64,000 bases of DNA from a virus (IMGVR_UViG_3300031555_004349:32001-96000); one strand, 5' to 3'; shown: positions 1 through 10,760, counted from the stretch's first letter. Made by a program: numbers and translations. Notes: a model not told the origin generated them from the letters alone.

Positions 1-3000
1 TACGGACAAACAGAAGAAAGCACAGGAACGAATGAAGAAAAATTTGATTGGACAAAAGATTATATATGTTTTCAAATTCCAAATCAATTAATACAAAATG
101 CTGAAGGAGATAAAACTTCTTTATATAATATTATTGATATAAATGAAATTGAAGCTATGAATGATAATCCTTCAAATAGTTTAAATACTGAATTTAGAAC
201 ATATATTAAAGGAACAGATTTTTCAATTAATTATGGTTACTCTTCGGCGACTTGTGACACAGAAAATAGAGGAATTTATATTTGTTTTTATAGACCTGAA
301 TCTGCAACAACTGAAGAAACTTTAATGTCTGCAAATACACAAATTTACGTTAGAGTAAAACCTCGTGGAAATAATCAGTTTATTTGGTCTGGTTTTATTA
401 AACCTAGTTTTTATACTGAGAATGATGAACAAAAACGTAAATGGTTCTGTCCTCTAGAACAAAGAATTACAATTACAGACACAGATATTATTTTATCTTC
501 CATTAAAGTTAAACTTAATACTGCAAAAATCAACTTTGAAAACAATAATCCAATAATTGATAAAACTCAATATGAATTAGTTTATGGAAAAGATTATTAC
601 ACAAGTAAAGAAATTGTTGATGGTAAAACAGTTTCACGAATTACTTTTTATCAAACTACAAATGTTCCTTTAATGATTTTTGATGGAGAAAACAATAATT
701 ATACTATTGAATATAATCAAGATATTACGGCAAAATATTATTATAATGACGCTCTTGAAGTAATGAAAGAATCTTCAGTACCTCAAACAACTTATAATAT
801 TAGCGTATTAGATATTTCAGAAGCTGAAAACTTTTTAACTAATTTAAGATGGTACAAACCTCAAGTTGGCACAAGAGTACCAATTTATGACGAAGAATTA
901 AGATTTAAAGGGTTAGTTGGATTTATTAATTCTATTACTTTTGATTTATTAAATCCACAAAATACACAATTATCAATTACAAACTTTAAAGATAAATTTG
1001 TTGATTTATTCCAAAAAATTACAGCTAGTACGATTGCCCTTCAATCAAAAGAATATGCTTACGATAGGTCAACTCAAATAGTTACAGTTGAAGGTGGAAT
1101 TAATGAGACAATTTTAAAGGATACTTTTGAAAAACCTGAAAGTTCTTTCAAAGTTAGCGCGAACAGTAACGTTACTTGGGATTATACAGGTATAACAGCT
1201 GTAAGTAATACTTTAAATGAAAATGGCGTTTATGCAAAAATGAAAGTAACTTCAGAAGGTATTTTTACAGCTACAGAAAAAGATGCTTATGGAAATTATG
1301 TTTGGACAACTGCGATTACTCCACAAGGTATTAATGCAAGTCAATTAACTCTTGGTAAATTAGATACTAGACAAATTCAAATTTTTAATAGTTCTGAACC
1401 AAGATTTTTATGGAACGAAAATGGTTTATATGCTTATGGACAAAATGAAGGAAAAACAGATTATGAGACTTATGTATTATATAATGAAAATGGAATTAAA
1501 TTTAGACAATTAATGCATAATACAAATAGTGTCCTTTTAACTAACCTTATAAAAACTCCTAATTTTAATCCAGTTTCAGATTGGGAATTAAATTCTACTG
1601 ATGGTGACATTTTCACAGCAACTAGTATTGAAGAAGTGGAAGTAGAAGGAGGAGCCACTGTTCCAGCTTGTCAATTAACACTTACCGATGGACAAGTAAG
1701 TAGCGATGTTACTTTTAATTCATCTTCAACAAGAAAAGATTTATTAAGTAACCATAAATATTATTATAGAGTATATATTAAAGTAAATGGAATTCCCGAA
1801 CTTTCTAGTATTGATATTAATGGAGGTTTTACAGGATTTTATAAAAATATACAATATTCACAAAATAATCAGTATATAAAAATAGATGGTTTTGTAACAG
1901 GAGTTACCGATACAAATAAATTTGGAATACAAGTAGTTTTACCAGAAAAAATTAATAATTGGTCTGTTATAGTTAAAAAACCAATGATAATAGATGTAAC
2001 AGATAGCTTCGGAGAAACTATACCTTCTTTAAAATGGTTTAGTGATTTACCTGATATTACAGATACTTACACATGGACAACAGAAATGGATGTTTATGGA
2101 GATAGTCTAAGGTTAGATTGGGGTGGATTAACTATTGGCGCACAAAACAATAGTTTACAATTAACATCTGAGGATGGTTTAGTTATTTATCATCCTGTTA
2201 CTACAGAAACAAACAATGAAAAACGTGTAAGATTACAATTAGGACAATGGACAGGAAAAGCTGTTAAAAATGGTACTGAAGTGGTTTATGAAGAACTATA
2301 TGGTCTTCGCGCGAATAATTTAGATGGAGATATGATTTTCCAAATTACTCAACATGGTGTAGAATTTGATTTCACCAGTGACTTGGAAAATACAATTAGC
2401 AATTATTCAAAAGAAGCAGCTTTAGGTGCAATCGCTTCTACGAGTACCGCCAACTTATTGAAAAACTCTTGCGGCTATGTTTATACAGAACTTAAAGATG
2501 CAAATGGAAATCCTAATGGTTTCTATAAATTTGCAGAATGGACCGTTACCAACTATCAATTTGTTTTCCCAATTAATTACACCTTCGAAGAAATTAACAA
2601 AGATGGAGAACGAAAACCAATTGTGGATAATACTTTTTCAAGACACGCCTTTAAATTAACAGGTGATACAACAGGTCTTGAGCCTACAATTGAACAAAAG
2701 GTAACAGTAGCAAACATTATTGATACAACAAGTAACGAAGTTGATAAGCCTTTTACTTTTAAATTTTTAATGAAGGGAAGTAATGTGCATACAGATGCAA
2801 TATCTTGCGGTATTCGTTTAGAAATGACTGATGCAAGTAATCAAGTTAATGAAGTTAGAGATATACCTTATACTGCAACAGATGGTGGTTGGCAAATAGT
2901 ACAAGAAACAATTCGTACAAGAATGTCTGATTTTACTATTAAAATTACTAATAAATCAAAAATTACTTATGATGACAATGGTGATATTGCAACAGGTATA

Positions 3001-3360
3001 ATTTATTTGTCAGACTTAATGGTTACTTCCGGAGAAGATACACCTTCTTGGACAGTTTCACCTGGTGAAATTTATAATAACTATGTAACAATCGGTAGTG
3101 AGGGTGTTGTAGTTACTTCCGGTAGCGAAACTGGTTTAACGGTCAGAACAGTTATGGATTCTCACTCATTTAGAGTTGAAACTATAAATCAAAATGACCA
3201 AGTTAGTACTAATATTCTAGTTGATGAAGATAGTACGATTTTAGGTCCTACAGAAGTTAGAGGACAATTAGATATTGGTATTTTGAGTCGTTTAAGATTT
3301 ACTGAATATAATGATACAGACGGAAAAGACTCAGGAGTCGATATTACATTAATTATATAA
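1..3360 (+). CDS. Large minor tail/baseplate structural protein (5' end lies outside the window)
   Basis: Frame is open from base 1, so the track start at 157 is internal. Thr/Asn/Ser-rich beta-type sequence; the 'AITPQGINASQLTLGKLDT' segment resembles siphovirus tail proteins; first gene of the tail-lysis run. Confidence 0.7.
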   Translation, partial: YGQTEESTGTNEEKFDWTKDYICFQIPNQLIQNAEGDKTSLYNIIDINEIEAMNDNPSNSLNTEFRTYIKGTDFSINYGYSSATCDTENRGIYICFYRPESATTEETLMSANTQIYVRVKPRGNNQFIWSGFIKPSFYTENDEQKRKWFCPLEQRITITDTDIILSSIKVKLNTAKINFENNNPIIDKTQYELVYGKDYYTSKEIVDGKTVSRITFYQTTNVPLMIFDGENNNYTIEYNQDITAKYYYNDALEVMKESSVPQTTYNISVLDISEAENFLTNLRWYKPQVGTRVPIYDEELRFKGLVGFINSITFDLLNPQNTQLSITNFKDKFVDLFQKITASTIALQSKEYAYDRSTQIVTVEGGINETILKDTFEKPESSFKVSANSNVTWDYTGITAVSNTLNENGVYAKMKVTSEGIFTATEKDAYGNYVWTTAITPQGINASQLTLGKLDTRQIQIFNSSEPRFLWNENGLYAYGQNEGKTDYETYVLYNENGIKFRQLMHNTNSVLLTNLIKTPNFNPVSDWELNSTDGDIFTATSIEEVEVEGGATVPACQLTLTDGQVSSDVTFNSSSTRKDLLSNHKYYYRVYIKVNGIPELSSIDINGGFTGFYKNIQYSQNNQYIKIDGFVTGVTDTNKFGIQVVLPEKINNWSVIVKKPMIIDVTDSFGETIPSLKWFSDLPDITDTYTWTTEMDVYGDSLRLDWGGLTIGAQNNSLQLTSEDGLVIYHPVTTETNNEKRVRLQLGQWTGKAVKNGTEVVYEELYGLRANNLDGDMIFQITQHGVEFDFTSDLENTISNYSKEAALGAIASTSTANLLKNSCGYVYTELKDANGNPNGFYKFAEWTVTNYQFVFPINYTFEEINKDGERKPIVDNTFSRHAFKLTGDTTGLEPTIEQKVTVANIIDTTSNEVDKPFTFKFLMKGSNVHTDAISCGIRLEMTDASNQVNEVRDIPYTATDGGWQIVQETIRTRMSDFTIKITNKSKITYDDNGDIATGIIYLSDLMVTSGEDTPSWTVSPGEIYNNYVTIGSEGVVVTSGSETGLTVRTVMDSHSFRVETINQNDQVSTNILVDEDSTILGPTEVRGQLDIGILSRLRFTEYNDTDGKDSGVDITLII

Positions 3361-3369
3361 AAGGATAAA

Positions 3370-3399
3370 ACAAAAGAGAGAATAAAATCTCTCTTTTGT
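3370..3399 (+). terminator. Hairpin / probable intrinsic terminator
   Basis: ACAAAAGAGAGA-ataaaa-TCTCTCTTTTGT inverted repeat followed by T-rich sequence. Confidence 0.55.
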
Positions 3400-3421
3400 A
3401 TTTTATAAAAGGAGGAATAAA

Positions 3422-6400
3422 ATGGGCACAGGAAATTCGGGAAGATATACCTTTAGTACTGGTAGTACGGCTTTAAAAGGTTATGTAGATTGGACAGAAA
3501 CATATGATGATTCAACATATCTTACAACTAATCAAACTACAGTTACGCAAAAGGCATATATATACAGAACCAATACTTATAGTGGAAATTATAATATAGC
3601 TGCAAAATATACAAGAACATTTTATTTTGGTTCAGAAACAGTAGGAACAACTGCTAAAGCAACCCTTACAGTAGGACCAAATCCGCCAGGAGACCCTACA
3701 CTTGTATATGAAGCTAGTATGGTAATTACTCACGATGCAGACGGTGCAAAATCAATCACTTTAGGATTTGAAGCAGATACTCCAACTGTTGATGTTGGTG
3801 GTTACGATGTTTCTAAAGTAACTAGTACGGTAACTTTAATGACAGTTCCTAGAGCATCTTCTATAAGCAACACTCCAAGTTGGACTGCACCAGGAAGTGT
3901 GACCTGTAATATTAGTAGAAAAACTGATGCTTTTACTCACACAGTTTGGTTAGATGTAACAGATTCGAATGGAACTTGGCAAAATATAGGAAGTCTAACT
4001 GGACAAGGAGCAAGTGCAACTTTTAATACAGAAGCAGTAATGAAAAATGCTTATACTTATTTAGCTCAAAGAGCATCAACTTCAGCTCGTTTTCGTATTC
4101 AAACTTATAATGGTTCTACTGCAATTGGTAGTCAAGTTACAAGTGGTACTGGTACATGTTATGCAGCAAATGCTAATACAGCAACTGCGCCAACTTTCAC
4201 AGCTACGAATAGTGCAACTACGACAATTACAAAAGGCAATAGTTCTTTTACAAGTTATGCAGAAGTTTGGATAAATAGTCAATGTATTGGTAGTTATTCG
4301 GGAGGTGCTACTTCATGGAGTTTTAATACTGATGTTACACTTAGAACAAGATGTTTTACTGGATTAGCGCAAAATGCAAGTTTATCATATTTAGTTAGAA
4401 CTTGGACATACTATTCAGGAGTACAGGTTCAAGGTTATACAGATGCTTGGGGTACTTGTAATGCACCTGCAGTAAATACAATTACTGCACCAACTTGGAC
4501 AGGAGGATATCAATTTAGTTCGACAGTTTCTACAGCAGATAGTGCTTTATCGCGCGCTGTAACATTACAAATTGCTGATTCAAGTGGAAATTGGGTAACT
4601 GTTCAATCATCTGGAGTAACTAGTTCCACAACTATTACTTGGGATGGTTCAAGTACAACTAGAGATATAATTTTTCCAACTTTAAATGGAAGGACTTCAA
4701 CTAGTTCTAGATTTTTACTGACAACTTACTATAATGGTGTTCAAGTTAGAGGTGCAAACGCTGTAACTTCAGGAACTTGTACAGCACCTACTGCAATTAG
4801 TTGTAATGCTCCAACTTGGTATGCTAATCAAACTTATAGTATGAGTTTTAGCTATGCTTTTCCAAGTTGGCTTGAGTGTAGTTCTTATGTAGATGTTAAA
4901 GATAGTAGTGGAAGTTGGTATCGTATATTTAGTGGTGGTTTTTCAAATTATTTAACTGCAGCAATTGCATTTAATGCCTATACGGAAAAAAGAAAAGAAT
5001 GTTTTCAAGTGTTGGCACAAGCGGCTTCAAGGGAGACAAGAGCCTTAATTACAACTTATTATGTTTCAAGTTCAGGAACCTATGTTCAAGTTAGAAGTAC
5101 AGTAACAGTTTCTGGTACTTTAAATGCTCCAGCAGCGAGTACTTTAAGTACAACTCCTTCATGGATAGCAGGAGATTCAATGACTTGCAATATTTCTAGA
5201 GTAGATGATAATTTTACACATACTTTAGTAATTTCAGTTGGAGGGAAAACAAAAACAATAACTGGTATTGGAACTTCTACTACTTTTGGTACATCTGAGG
5301 CGGATAGAATTTTATTTTATGAAGCTTTAAACAGTGCAGCTTCAGCTTCTGTTTCAACACAATTAACAACATATTATTCTGGTGTGCAAGTTAGAACTGC
5401 AACGAGTGCGTCAGGTACATTATCCGCGCCATCGGTCTCAACTATTACCATTCCAACGTGGACTGCAGGTAATAGTTTTACTGCAACAATTACGCCATCG
5501 AAAGATTATTTAGTTAACTCAATTCAATTGAAAGTTAATAATACAGTAGTAGAAAAATATGATTATCAAACTGTTACCTCTATTGGTTTTATGAGTACTA
5601 CTGAACTAAGTATGTTAGCTTATCAAGCCCTTGCTCAACAAGCAAGTGCAACTGCAAGTTTTATAGTAACTATGTATTATAAAACAAGTAGTAATACTTA
5701 TATACAGGTAAATGCTTCTAAAACAACAAATGGAACTTGTACAGCTCTAGAGGCTAGTACAATTACTGCGCCTAACTGGACTGCAGGTTCAACTTTTACT
5801 GCAACTATTAGTAAAAAATCATTAAACTTATATGAAGTTGTAAGATTAAAAGTAAATGGACAATTGGTGCAAGAATATCCAATACAAGGTAGCACAAGTT
5901 TAACTTATGCTTTAACTTTTGCTAACACAAAAGATATTAATACAAAAATATATAGCGCTTTGGCGCAAGCAGCTTCAAAAACTGCGACATTAGAGATTGT
6001 TACTTATTTTGGTACTAGTACAACTAATGTACAACAAGTTAGAAGTACAGTTGTTGCAACTGGTGTTTGTAACGCTTCAGAAGCAGTAGTTGGAAACTTG
6101 ACTTTGAGTCAGACTCCTGCTATAATTGATAATACAGAGATAACTTGTAATTTAACTAAAGCATTATCAGATTATACAGTTGTTATTGATGTAAGTTGTA
6201 ACGGAGTTGTGATAACAAGTTTAACTCCTGCTGATACAGAAACAAGTGCAATATTTAATAGCGCAGATTATGTAAATGAATTATATCAATCTATTCCAAC
6301 ACAAAAAAGTGGTTCTTTACAATTCAAAGTAATTACTTATTACAATGGAGTACAAGTGCAACAGCCAAAAACAGTTGCAGTTGATATAAATGCTAACGAA

Positions 6401-7429
6401 GAAACTGTTAAAATAAAAATAAATGAAGAAATTGCACTTACAACAAAAGCTAATGTATTTACAGAAATTGAAAAAGTTTTTATAGACGACACTAGTATGA
6501 TAGCTTCTAAATTGAGTAATTTAGCAATTTCAATTGCTGAAGGTTATTTTTATTTGGAAAACAAATATGGTGGTTATATTACACAAATTAAAGCGCAAAT
6601 TTCTAACTCTTCAGGAATGATGCAAACTTTTAGTTTTACAAGTAACGATGTAATATTAAATAATGAAAAAACTCGAATTGTTTCTACTGCTTTCTTAGAT
6701 ACTGATGCAATTGTAATGGGTCCTTATGATTTTATGGATGTTACAACTGCGGGAACAGTTTATAATTTAAATATTGTTGCTACAGACTCAAGAGGGTATA
6801 GTACTACAAAAGTAATTCCTTTAAAAATATTCCCTTATTCTGCACCAACAATAAAACTGGATAAGAAAGCAACAGTTAGAGGAACGGGTGATAATAATAA
6901 ATATTGTATTATTAATTTAAATGGTACTATTTCTTCTTTATTTACAGAATCAACTGGAGAAAAAGTACAAACTAACTTAATTGATACTCTTTCATTAGAA
7001 TATAAGACTTATGGGTCAACAGGAGCATATAGTATTTATAATATAACTGCTTATACTTATAACGATACTTATACAGCTTATAATTTAACTAGTTTCTCAA
7101 CTGCAGGAACAGGAATTTCTGATTTTGATATAAGTTCAACTTATGAATTAAAAGTAACAGTTAAAGATGCTTTTGGAAAGACAAATTCTGATAGTATTAT
7201 TATATTACCAGACAGACCAGCATTAAGCTTCAGAGACCAAAGAATCGGTATTAATATTATTCCAAGAAAATTAGGAAGTTTTATAGAACGTGAGTCAACT
7301 GATGATGAAAATCCTTCATTAGATGTAAATGGCTATATTTATTCAAACGGTAGAGAAGTACCTACTTTTGTATATCAAATGAAAGAAAATGATGAAGGAG
7401 AATTAGTAATAGATGAATGGACAATTTAG
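3422..7429 (+). CDS. DUF859-like siphovirus tail/baseplate protein with about 8 internal ~100-aa repeats
   Basis: N-terminus (ITHDADGAKSITL...TVPRASSIS...SRKTDAFTHTV) and C-terminus (PYSAPTI...YELKVTVKDAFG) resemble the DUF859 family; repeats of the form P(S/T)W..G.S...TYY.GVQVR; GGAGG RBS. Confidence 0.65.
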   Translation: MGTGNSGRYTFSTGSTALKGYVDWTETYDDSTYLTTNQTTVTQKAYIYRTNTYSGNYNIAAKYTRTFYFGSETVGTTAKATLTVGPNPPGDPTLVYEASMVITHDADGAKSITLGFEADTPTVDVGGYDVSKVTSTVTLMTVPRASSISNTPSWTAPGSVTCNISRKTDAFTHTVWLDVTDSNGTWQNIGSLTGQGASATFNTEAVMKNAYTYLAQRASTSARFRIQTYNGSTAIGSQVTSGTGTCYAANANTATAPTFTATNSATTTITKGNSSFTSYAEVWINSQCIGSYSGGATSWSFNTDVTLRTRCFTGLAQNASLSYLVRTWTYYSGVQVQGYTDAWGTCNAPAVNTITAPTWTGGYQFSSTVSTADSALSRAVTLQIADSSGNWVTVQSSGVTSSTTITWDGSSTTRDIIFPTLNGRTSTSSRFLLTTYYNGVQVRGANAVTSGTCTAPTAISCNAPTWYANQTYSMSFSYAFPSWLECSSYVDVKDSSGSWYRIFSGGFSNYLTAAIAFNAYTEKRKECFQVLAQAASRETRALITTYYVSSSGTYVQVRSTVTVSGTLNAPAASTLSTTPSWIAGDSMTCNISRVDDNFTHTLVISVGGKTKTITGIGTSTTFGTSEADRILFYEALNSAASASVSTQLTTYYSGVQVRTATSASGTLSAPSVSTITIPTWTAGNSFTATITPSKDYLVNSIQLKVNNTVVEKYDYQTVTSIGFMSTTELSMLAYQALAQQASATASFIVTMYYKTSSNTYIQVNASKTTNGTCTALEASTITAPNWTAGSTFTATISKKSLNLYEVVRLKVNGQLVQEYPIQGSTSLTYALTFANTKDINTKIYSALAQAASKTATLEIVTYFGTSTTNVQQVRSTVVATGVCNASEAVVGNLTLSQTPAIIDNTEITCNLTKALSDYTVVIDVSCNGVVITSLTPADTETSAIFNSADYVNELYQSIPTQKSGSLQFKVITYYNGVQVQQPKTVAVDINANEETVKIKINEEIALTTKANVFTEIEKVFIDDTSMIASKLSNLAISIAEGYFYLENKYGGYITQIKAQISNSSGMMQTFSFTSNDVILNNEKTRIVSTAFLDTDAIVMGPYDFMDVTTAGTVYNLNIVATDSRGYSTTKVIPLKIFPYSAPTIKLDKKATVRGTGDNNKYCIINLNGTISSLFTESTGEKVQTNLIDTLSLEYKTYGSTGAYSIYNITAYTYNDTYTAYNLTSFSTAGTGISDFDISSTYELKVTVKDAFGKTNSDSIIILPDRPALSFRDQRIGINIIPRKLGSFIERESTDDENPSLDVNGYIYSNGREVPTFVYQMKENDEGELVIDEWTI

Positions 7430-7449
7430 CGTTAACGCGCTAAATTGTC
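7420..7449 (+). other. 12-bp hairpin overlapping the stop codon
   Basis: GACAATTTAGCG-ttaacg-CGCTAAATTGTC. Confidence 0.5.
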
Positions 7450-7473
7450 TTGTGATAAAAGGAGGCTTGTTTT

Positions 7474-8529
7474 ATGGCTACAGGTCGTAGAATTAATTTA
7501 AAGGACAAAAAAGGAAATATAATTTATCCAAATATACACAATTTAATAACCATAGATTCAGCAACTGGTTCTTTTGATGCGCCAAAATTAACACAAAATG
7601 GTGTAGAAGTAATGACAAAAGAAGATAAAAGTGAAATTGACGCTCAAATTGCAAAAATTTATCCAGTTGGTGCCGTTTATATAAACGTAAGTGGTACAAA
7701 TCCATCAACTTTATTGGGTGGAACTTGGGAACAATTTGGACAAGGTAGAACATTAGTAGGTGTCAATACAGATGATACAGATTTTAAAACTCCATTATTA
7801 ACGGGTGGAGCAAAAACAGTAACTTTAGCAACTACACAAATACCTTCACACAATCACGGTTTTACAGGTTCTGCACATACACACAGTTTTAGTGCAACTT
7901 CTGGTAATAATAGCGTAGGACATACTCATAGTGTTCCAGCTCATGCACATGGTTTGAATAATCACACCCACTGGTTTGGAGTTACCTCTGGCGGACAAAG
8001 TCAAGGACATACTCACTGGGTGGCTCAAACAACTGGAACCGTAAGCGCAGACCATACTCACTCTGGTACAACAAGTGAAAATGGTGCACATACGCACAGT
8101 ATTCGTTGGAAAGCTTACTCAGGCTTGAGTGCAAGTAGCGGTGGTTATGTATTATTAAGAAGAAACTCTACCGATGATGCTTATGATGGTACAGATGGAA
8201 ACTCTGCTATTTCAAATGGTGCACATACTCATACAATGACAACTGGAGGTATAAGTGCAAATCACACTCACTGGTTCGGAGTTACTTCTGGTGGCAATAG
8301 TGTAGACCATACTCACTGGTCTGAAGGTTGGACAGGAGGAAATACTGGAAGTACAGCCAATTCAGCTGCTCTTACTTCAGGTGGAATTAGTGCTAATCAC
8401 ACTCACTCTGTATCTGGGACAACTGGTGAAACCACTCAAGGTGGTTCAATTGGTAATACAGGCGGTGGTGGAGCACATAGTAATGTTCAGCCATATATAA
8501 CAGTATATTTTTGGAGAAGAACTGCATAA
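7474..8529 (+). CDS. Baseplate/short tail fibre protein (T4 gp10/gp12 C-terminal-like) with 12 HxH metal-binding motifs
   Basis: IYPVGAVYI...NPSTLLGGTWEQFGQGRTLVGV...GGAKTVTL...HNH and terminal HSNVQPYITVYFWRRTA are hallmarks of this family. Confidence 0.8.
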   Translation: MATGRRINLKDKKGNIIYPNIHNLITIDSATGSFDAPKLTQNGVEVMTKEDKSEIDAQIAKIYPVGAVYINVSGTNPSTLLGGTWEQFGQGRTLVGVNTDDTDFKTPLLTGGAKTVTLATTQIPSHNHGFTGSAHTHSFSATSGNNSVGHTHSVPAHAHGLNNHTHWFGVTSGGQSQGHTHWVAQTTGTVSADHTHSGTTSENGAHTHSIRWKAYSGLSASSGGYVLLRRNSTDDAYDGTDGNSAISNGAHTHTMTTGGISANHTHWFGVTSGGNSVDHTHWSEGWTGGNTGSTANSAALTSGGISANHTHSVSGTTGETTQGGSIGNTGGGGAHSNVQPYITVYFWRRTA

Positions 8530-8609
8530 TAAATTTAGATATTTACTTTATAAAAAGTACATTATAAATTAGAAGAGAAATCTTCAAACTCTATAAAAGG
8601 AGGAAAACA

Positions 8610-8756
8610 ATGAAAGAAGAAAAGCAATTAGAAATTGGACAATTAGTAGATGAAATGACAGAAGAAGAAAGAAAAGCTTTTAGAATGTCAATCAATCCTG
8701 ACGAAATGGGATTTGATGGTATGGAGGGAATGGAAGAAGATGAAGACAATCAATAG
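8610..8756 (+). CDS. Small acidic protein (48 aa), absent from the ORF track
   Basis: AAAGGAGG RBS before ATG 8610; MKEEKQLEIGQLVDEMTEEERKAFRMSINPDEMGFDGMEGMEEDEDNQ*; overlaps the endolysin start. Confidence 0.65.
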   Translation: MKEEKQLEIGQLVDEMTEEERKAFRMSINPDEMGFDGMEGMEEDEDNQ

Positions 8757-9882
8757 AAAAATATCTTTAATCAACTTCACAGACTCTAATCGTGCCGCAA
8801 GCAAAATAGAATTTATAGTTTGGCATTATGTTGGTGGTACTTCAACTGCTAAAAATAATGCAGATTACTTCTATAATAGATATTGTGGCGCAAGTGCTCA
8901 CTACTTTGTAGATTCAAAAGAAATCTGGCAAGTTGTTGAAGATAACGATGCTGCTTGGCATTGTGGAACAAAAAATGGATATAAACATCCAAAATGCAGA
9001 AACTCAAATTCAATTGGAATTGAGATTTGCTGTAAAAAAGATATCAATGGAAATTGGTATTTCGAAGAAGAAACTTTAAAAAATGCAATTGAACTTGGAC
9101 AATATTTAATGGAAAAATATCCACAATTAAAAGATGAAAGTAGACATATTAGACATTATGATGTTACTGGTAAAATATGTCCAGCACCTTTTGTAAAACA
9201 TCCTGAGTTATGGGAAGACTTCAAAAATGATTTATTTAAAAAAGAAGAAGTAAAAACAGAACCTACTGTTTATGCAGAAACTAAAACAGAATATTTGGTA
9301 GAAGTTACAGCTTCTTGTTTAAATGTAAGAAAAGAACCTTCTTTAAACGCAGATATTAAAGAACAAATAACTTCAAAAGGTCCTTTTACAATCGTTGGAG
9401 AAGTTAAAAATAGTGAAGATGGTATTACTTGGGGTAGATTAAGGTCTGGCGCAGGTTGGATAAGTTTAGCTTATACTAGAAAACTTGCAGAAGAAGATAA
9501 AACTACAGCAGTAAATAAAACAATGGAAGTTACTGCAAAAGTAGGGCTTAACGTAAGAAAAACTCCAGGTGGAACAAAAGTTGGAGCATTAGCTTATGGT
9601 TCAATTGTAACTGTCACAGAAGAAAAAAATGGTTGGTCAAAAATCGGAGAAAATAAATGGGTTTCTAGTCAATATTTAAAGGCAACAACAAAGACCATAT
9701 CAACAAAATTAGAAAAAGGGGATATAGTTAAAATAAAATCTAGCGCGAAGAAATATGCAACTGGACAAAAAATTCCATCAAAATATAAAAATCAATCTTA
9801 CACAATCGCGCAAAAAGATACTAAAAAGTCTTTATTAAAAGAAATCGTAAGTTGGGTTAACGACGTAGACTTAACTAAATAG
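8740..9882 (+). CDS. Endolysin: N-acetylmuramoyl-L-alanine amidase (Amidase_2) with SH3b-type cell-wall-binding domains
   Basis: IVWHYVG...ASAHYFVD...AWHCG...SIGIEIC...RHYDVTGKICP; LNVRK...WGRL..GAGWISL SH3b repeats; likely start at ATG 8740. Confidence 0.9.
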   Translation: MKTINRKISLINFTDSNRAASKIEFIVWHYVGGTSTAKNNADYFYNRYCGASAHYFVDSKEIWQVVEDNDAAWHCGTKNGYKHPKCRNSNSIGIEICCKKDINGNWYFEEETLKNAIELGQYLMEKYPQLKDESRHIRHYDVTGKICPAPFVKHPELWEDFKNDLFKKEEVKTEPTVYAETKTEYLVEVTASCLNVRKEPSLNADIKEQITSKGPFTIVGEVKNSEDGITWGRLRSGAGWISLAYTRKLAEEDKTTAVNKTMEVTAKVGLNVRKTPGGTKVGALAYGSIVTVTEEKNGWSKIGENKWVSSQYLKATTKTISTKLEKGDIVKIKSSAKKYATGQKIPSKYKNQSYTIAQKDTKKSLLKEIVSWVNDVDLTK

Positions 9883-9893
9883 GAGGAAATTAA

Positions 9894-10286
9894 ATGGATA
9901 TTATTGATTTAATATTTACTTATGTTCCATTAGATTATGTATTAATAATCGGTGGATTAATAGTAGTAGGAGAAATGTTAAAAAAATTCACTACATTACC
10001 TAACTACTTTTTAACAACAGCTTTACCTATATTAGGTGCTATCTTAACAGGCGCTATTTATTTATCAGGTAATGAGATTGTTCTTGCAGCTGATTTAATT
10101 AAACAAATTTGTATCGGTTTACTTATGGGATGGGCTGCTACAGGTGGATACGAATGGTTTAGAAATACATTTTTAACAACAAAGGAGGAGAAAAAAGTAA
10201 TTGCTATCGAATCTATTACAAAAAGTAAAGAAAGCAATGAAGTACCTAACGAAGCAACAGAAGAAAATTCTGAAATTGAAGAATAA
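9894..10286 (+). CDS. Holin
   Basis: Three hydrophobic segments, GWAATGGYE motif, charged C-terminal tail, directly after the endolysin. Confidence 0.75.
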   Translation: MDIIDLIFTYVPLDYVLIIGGLIVVGEMLKKFTTLPNYFLTTALPILGAILTGAIYLSGNEIVLAADLIKQICIGLLMGWAATGGYEWFRNTFLTTKEEKKVIAIESITKSKESNEVPNEATEENSEIEE

Positions 10287-10325
10287 AACGAAAAAACAGT
10301 TAAAGAAAATAATTGATAAAATTTA

Positions 10326-10351
10326 AAGGGAAGTCTTAATTGACTTCCCTT
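10326..10351. terminator. Bidirectional terminator between convergent modules
   Basis: AAGGGAAGTC-ttaatt-GACTTCCCTT flanked by A/T tracts at the +/- strand switch. Confidence 0.75.
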
Positions 10352-10356
10352 ATTTT

Positions 10357-10749
10357 TTATTCTTGTGAATCATCTAAAATAATTGGTAATAATGCTTCAA
10401 TTGTTTGAATAGAAACATTAACTTGATTTAAAGCACTTAATGGAATTTCTTTTATTGGTAATTCTATATCTGTATCAAATAATTTTTTAATTTCTTCATT
10501 GAAATAAACTATTTTGCTATCTTCAATTTTAATCATTCCATTTTCTTGTGTATCTATACTTCCATCTTCCTTTTTAGCTGCACATTGCATTATTAAATTT
10601 TGTCTTGCTTCATCTATTGAAGTAGCTTCTTCTTTAATAATTTTTGTGTTTTTTGCAATGTGGAAAGCTGTAGGCATAGGAATTGCTTCTTTTGATAAAG
10701 CATTAATAGCTTCAAACATTCCATATATTTCTTGAGCTTTTAATTTCAT
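10357..10749 (-). CDS. Phage hypothetical protein (DUF1617-like)
   Basis: GAGG RBS; general resemblance to DUF1617-type proteins. Confidence 0.5.
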   Translation of the reverse strand: MKLKAQEIYGMFEAINALSKEAIPMPTAFHIAKNTKIIKEEATSIDEARQNLIMQCAAKKEDGSIDTQENGMIKIEDSKIVYFNEEIKKLFDTDIELPIKEIPLSALNQVNVSIQTIEALLPIILDDSQE

Positions 10750-10760
10750 CTAAATTCCTC

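Noticed and set aside
7960-8300. DGR template/variable repeat pair in the fibre gene
   Set aside because: Both copies are in-frame coding, the differences are synonymous and not A-specific, and no reverse transcriptase is present in the window.
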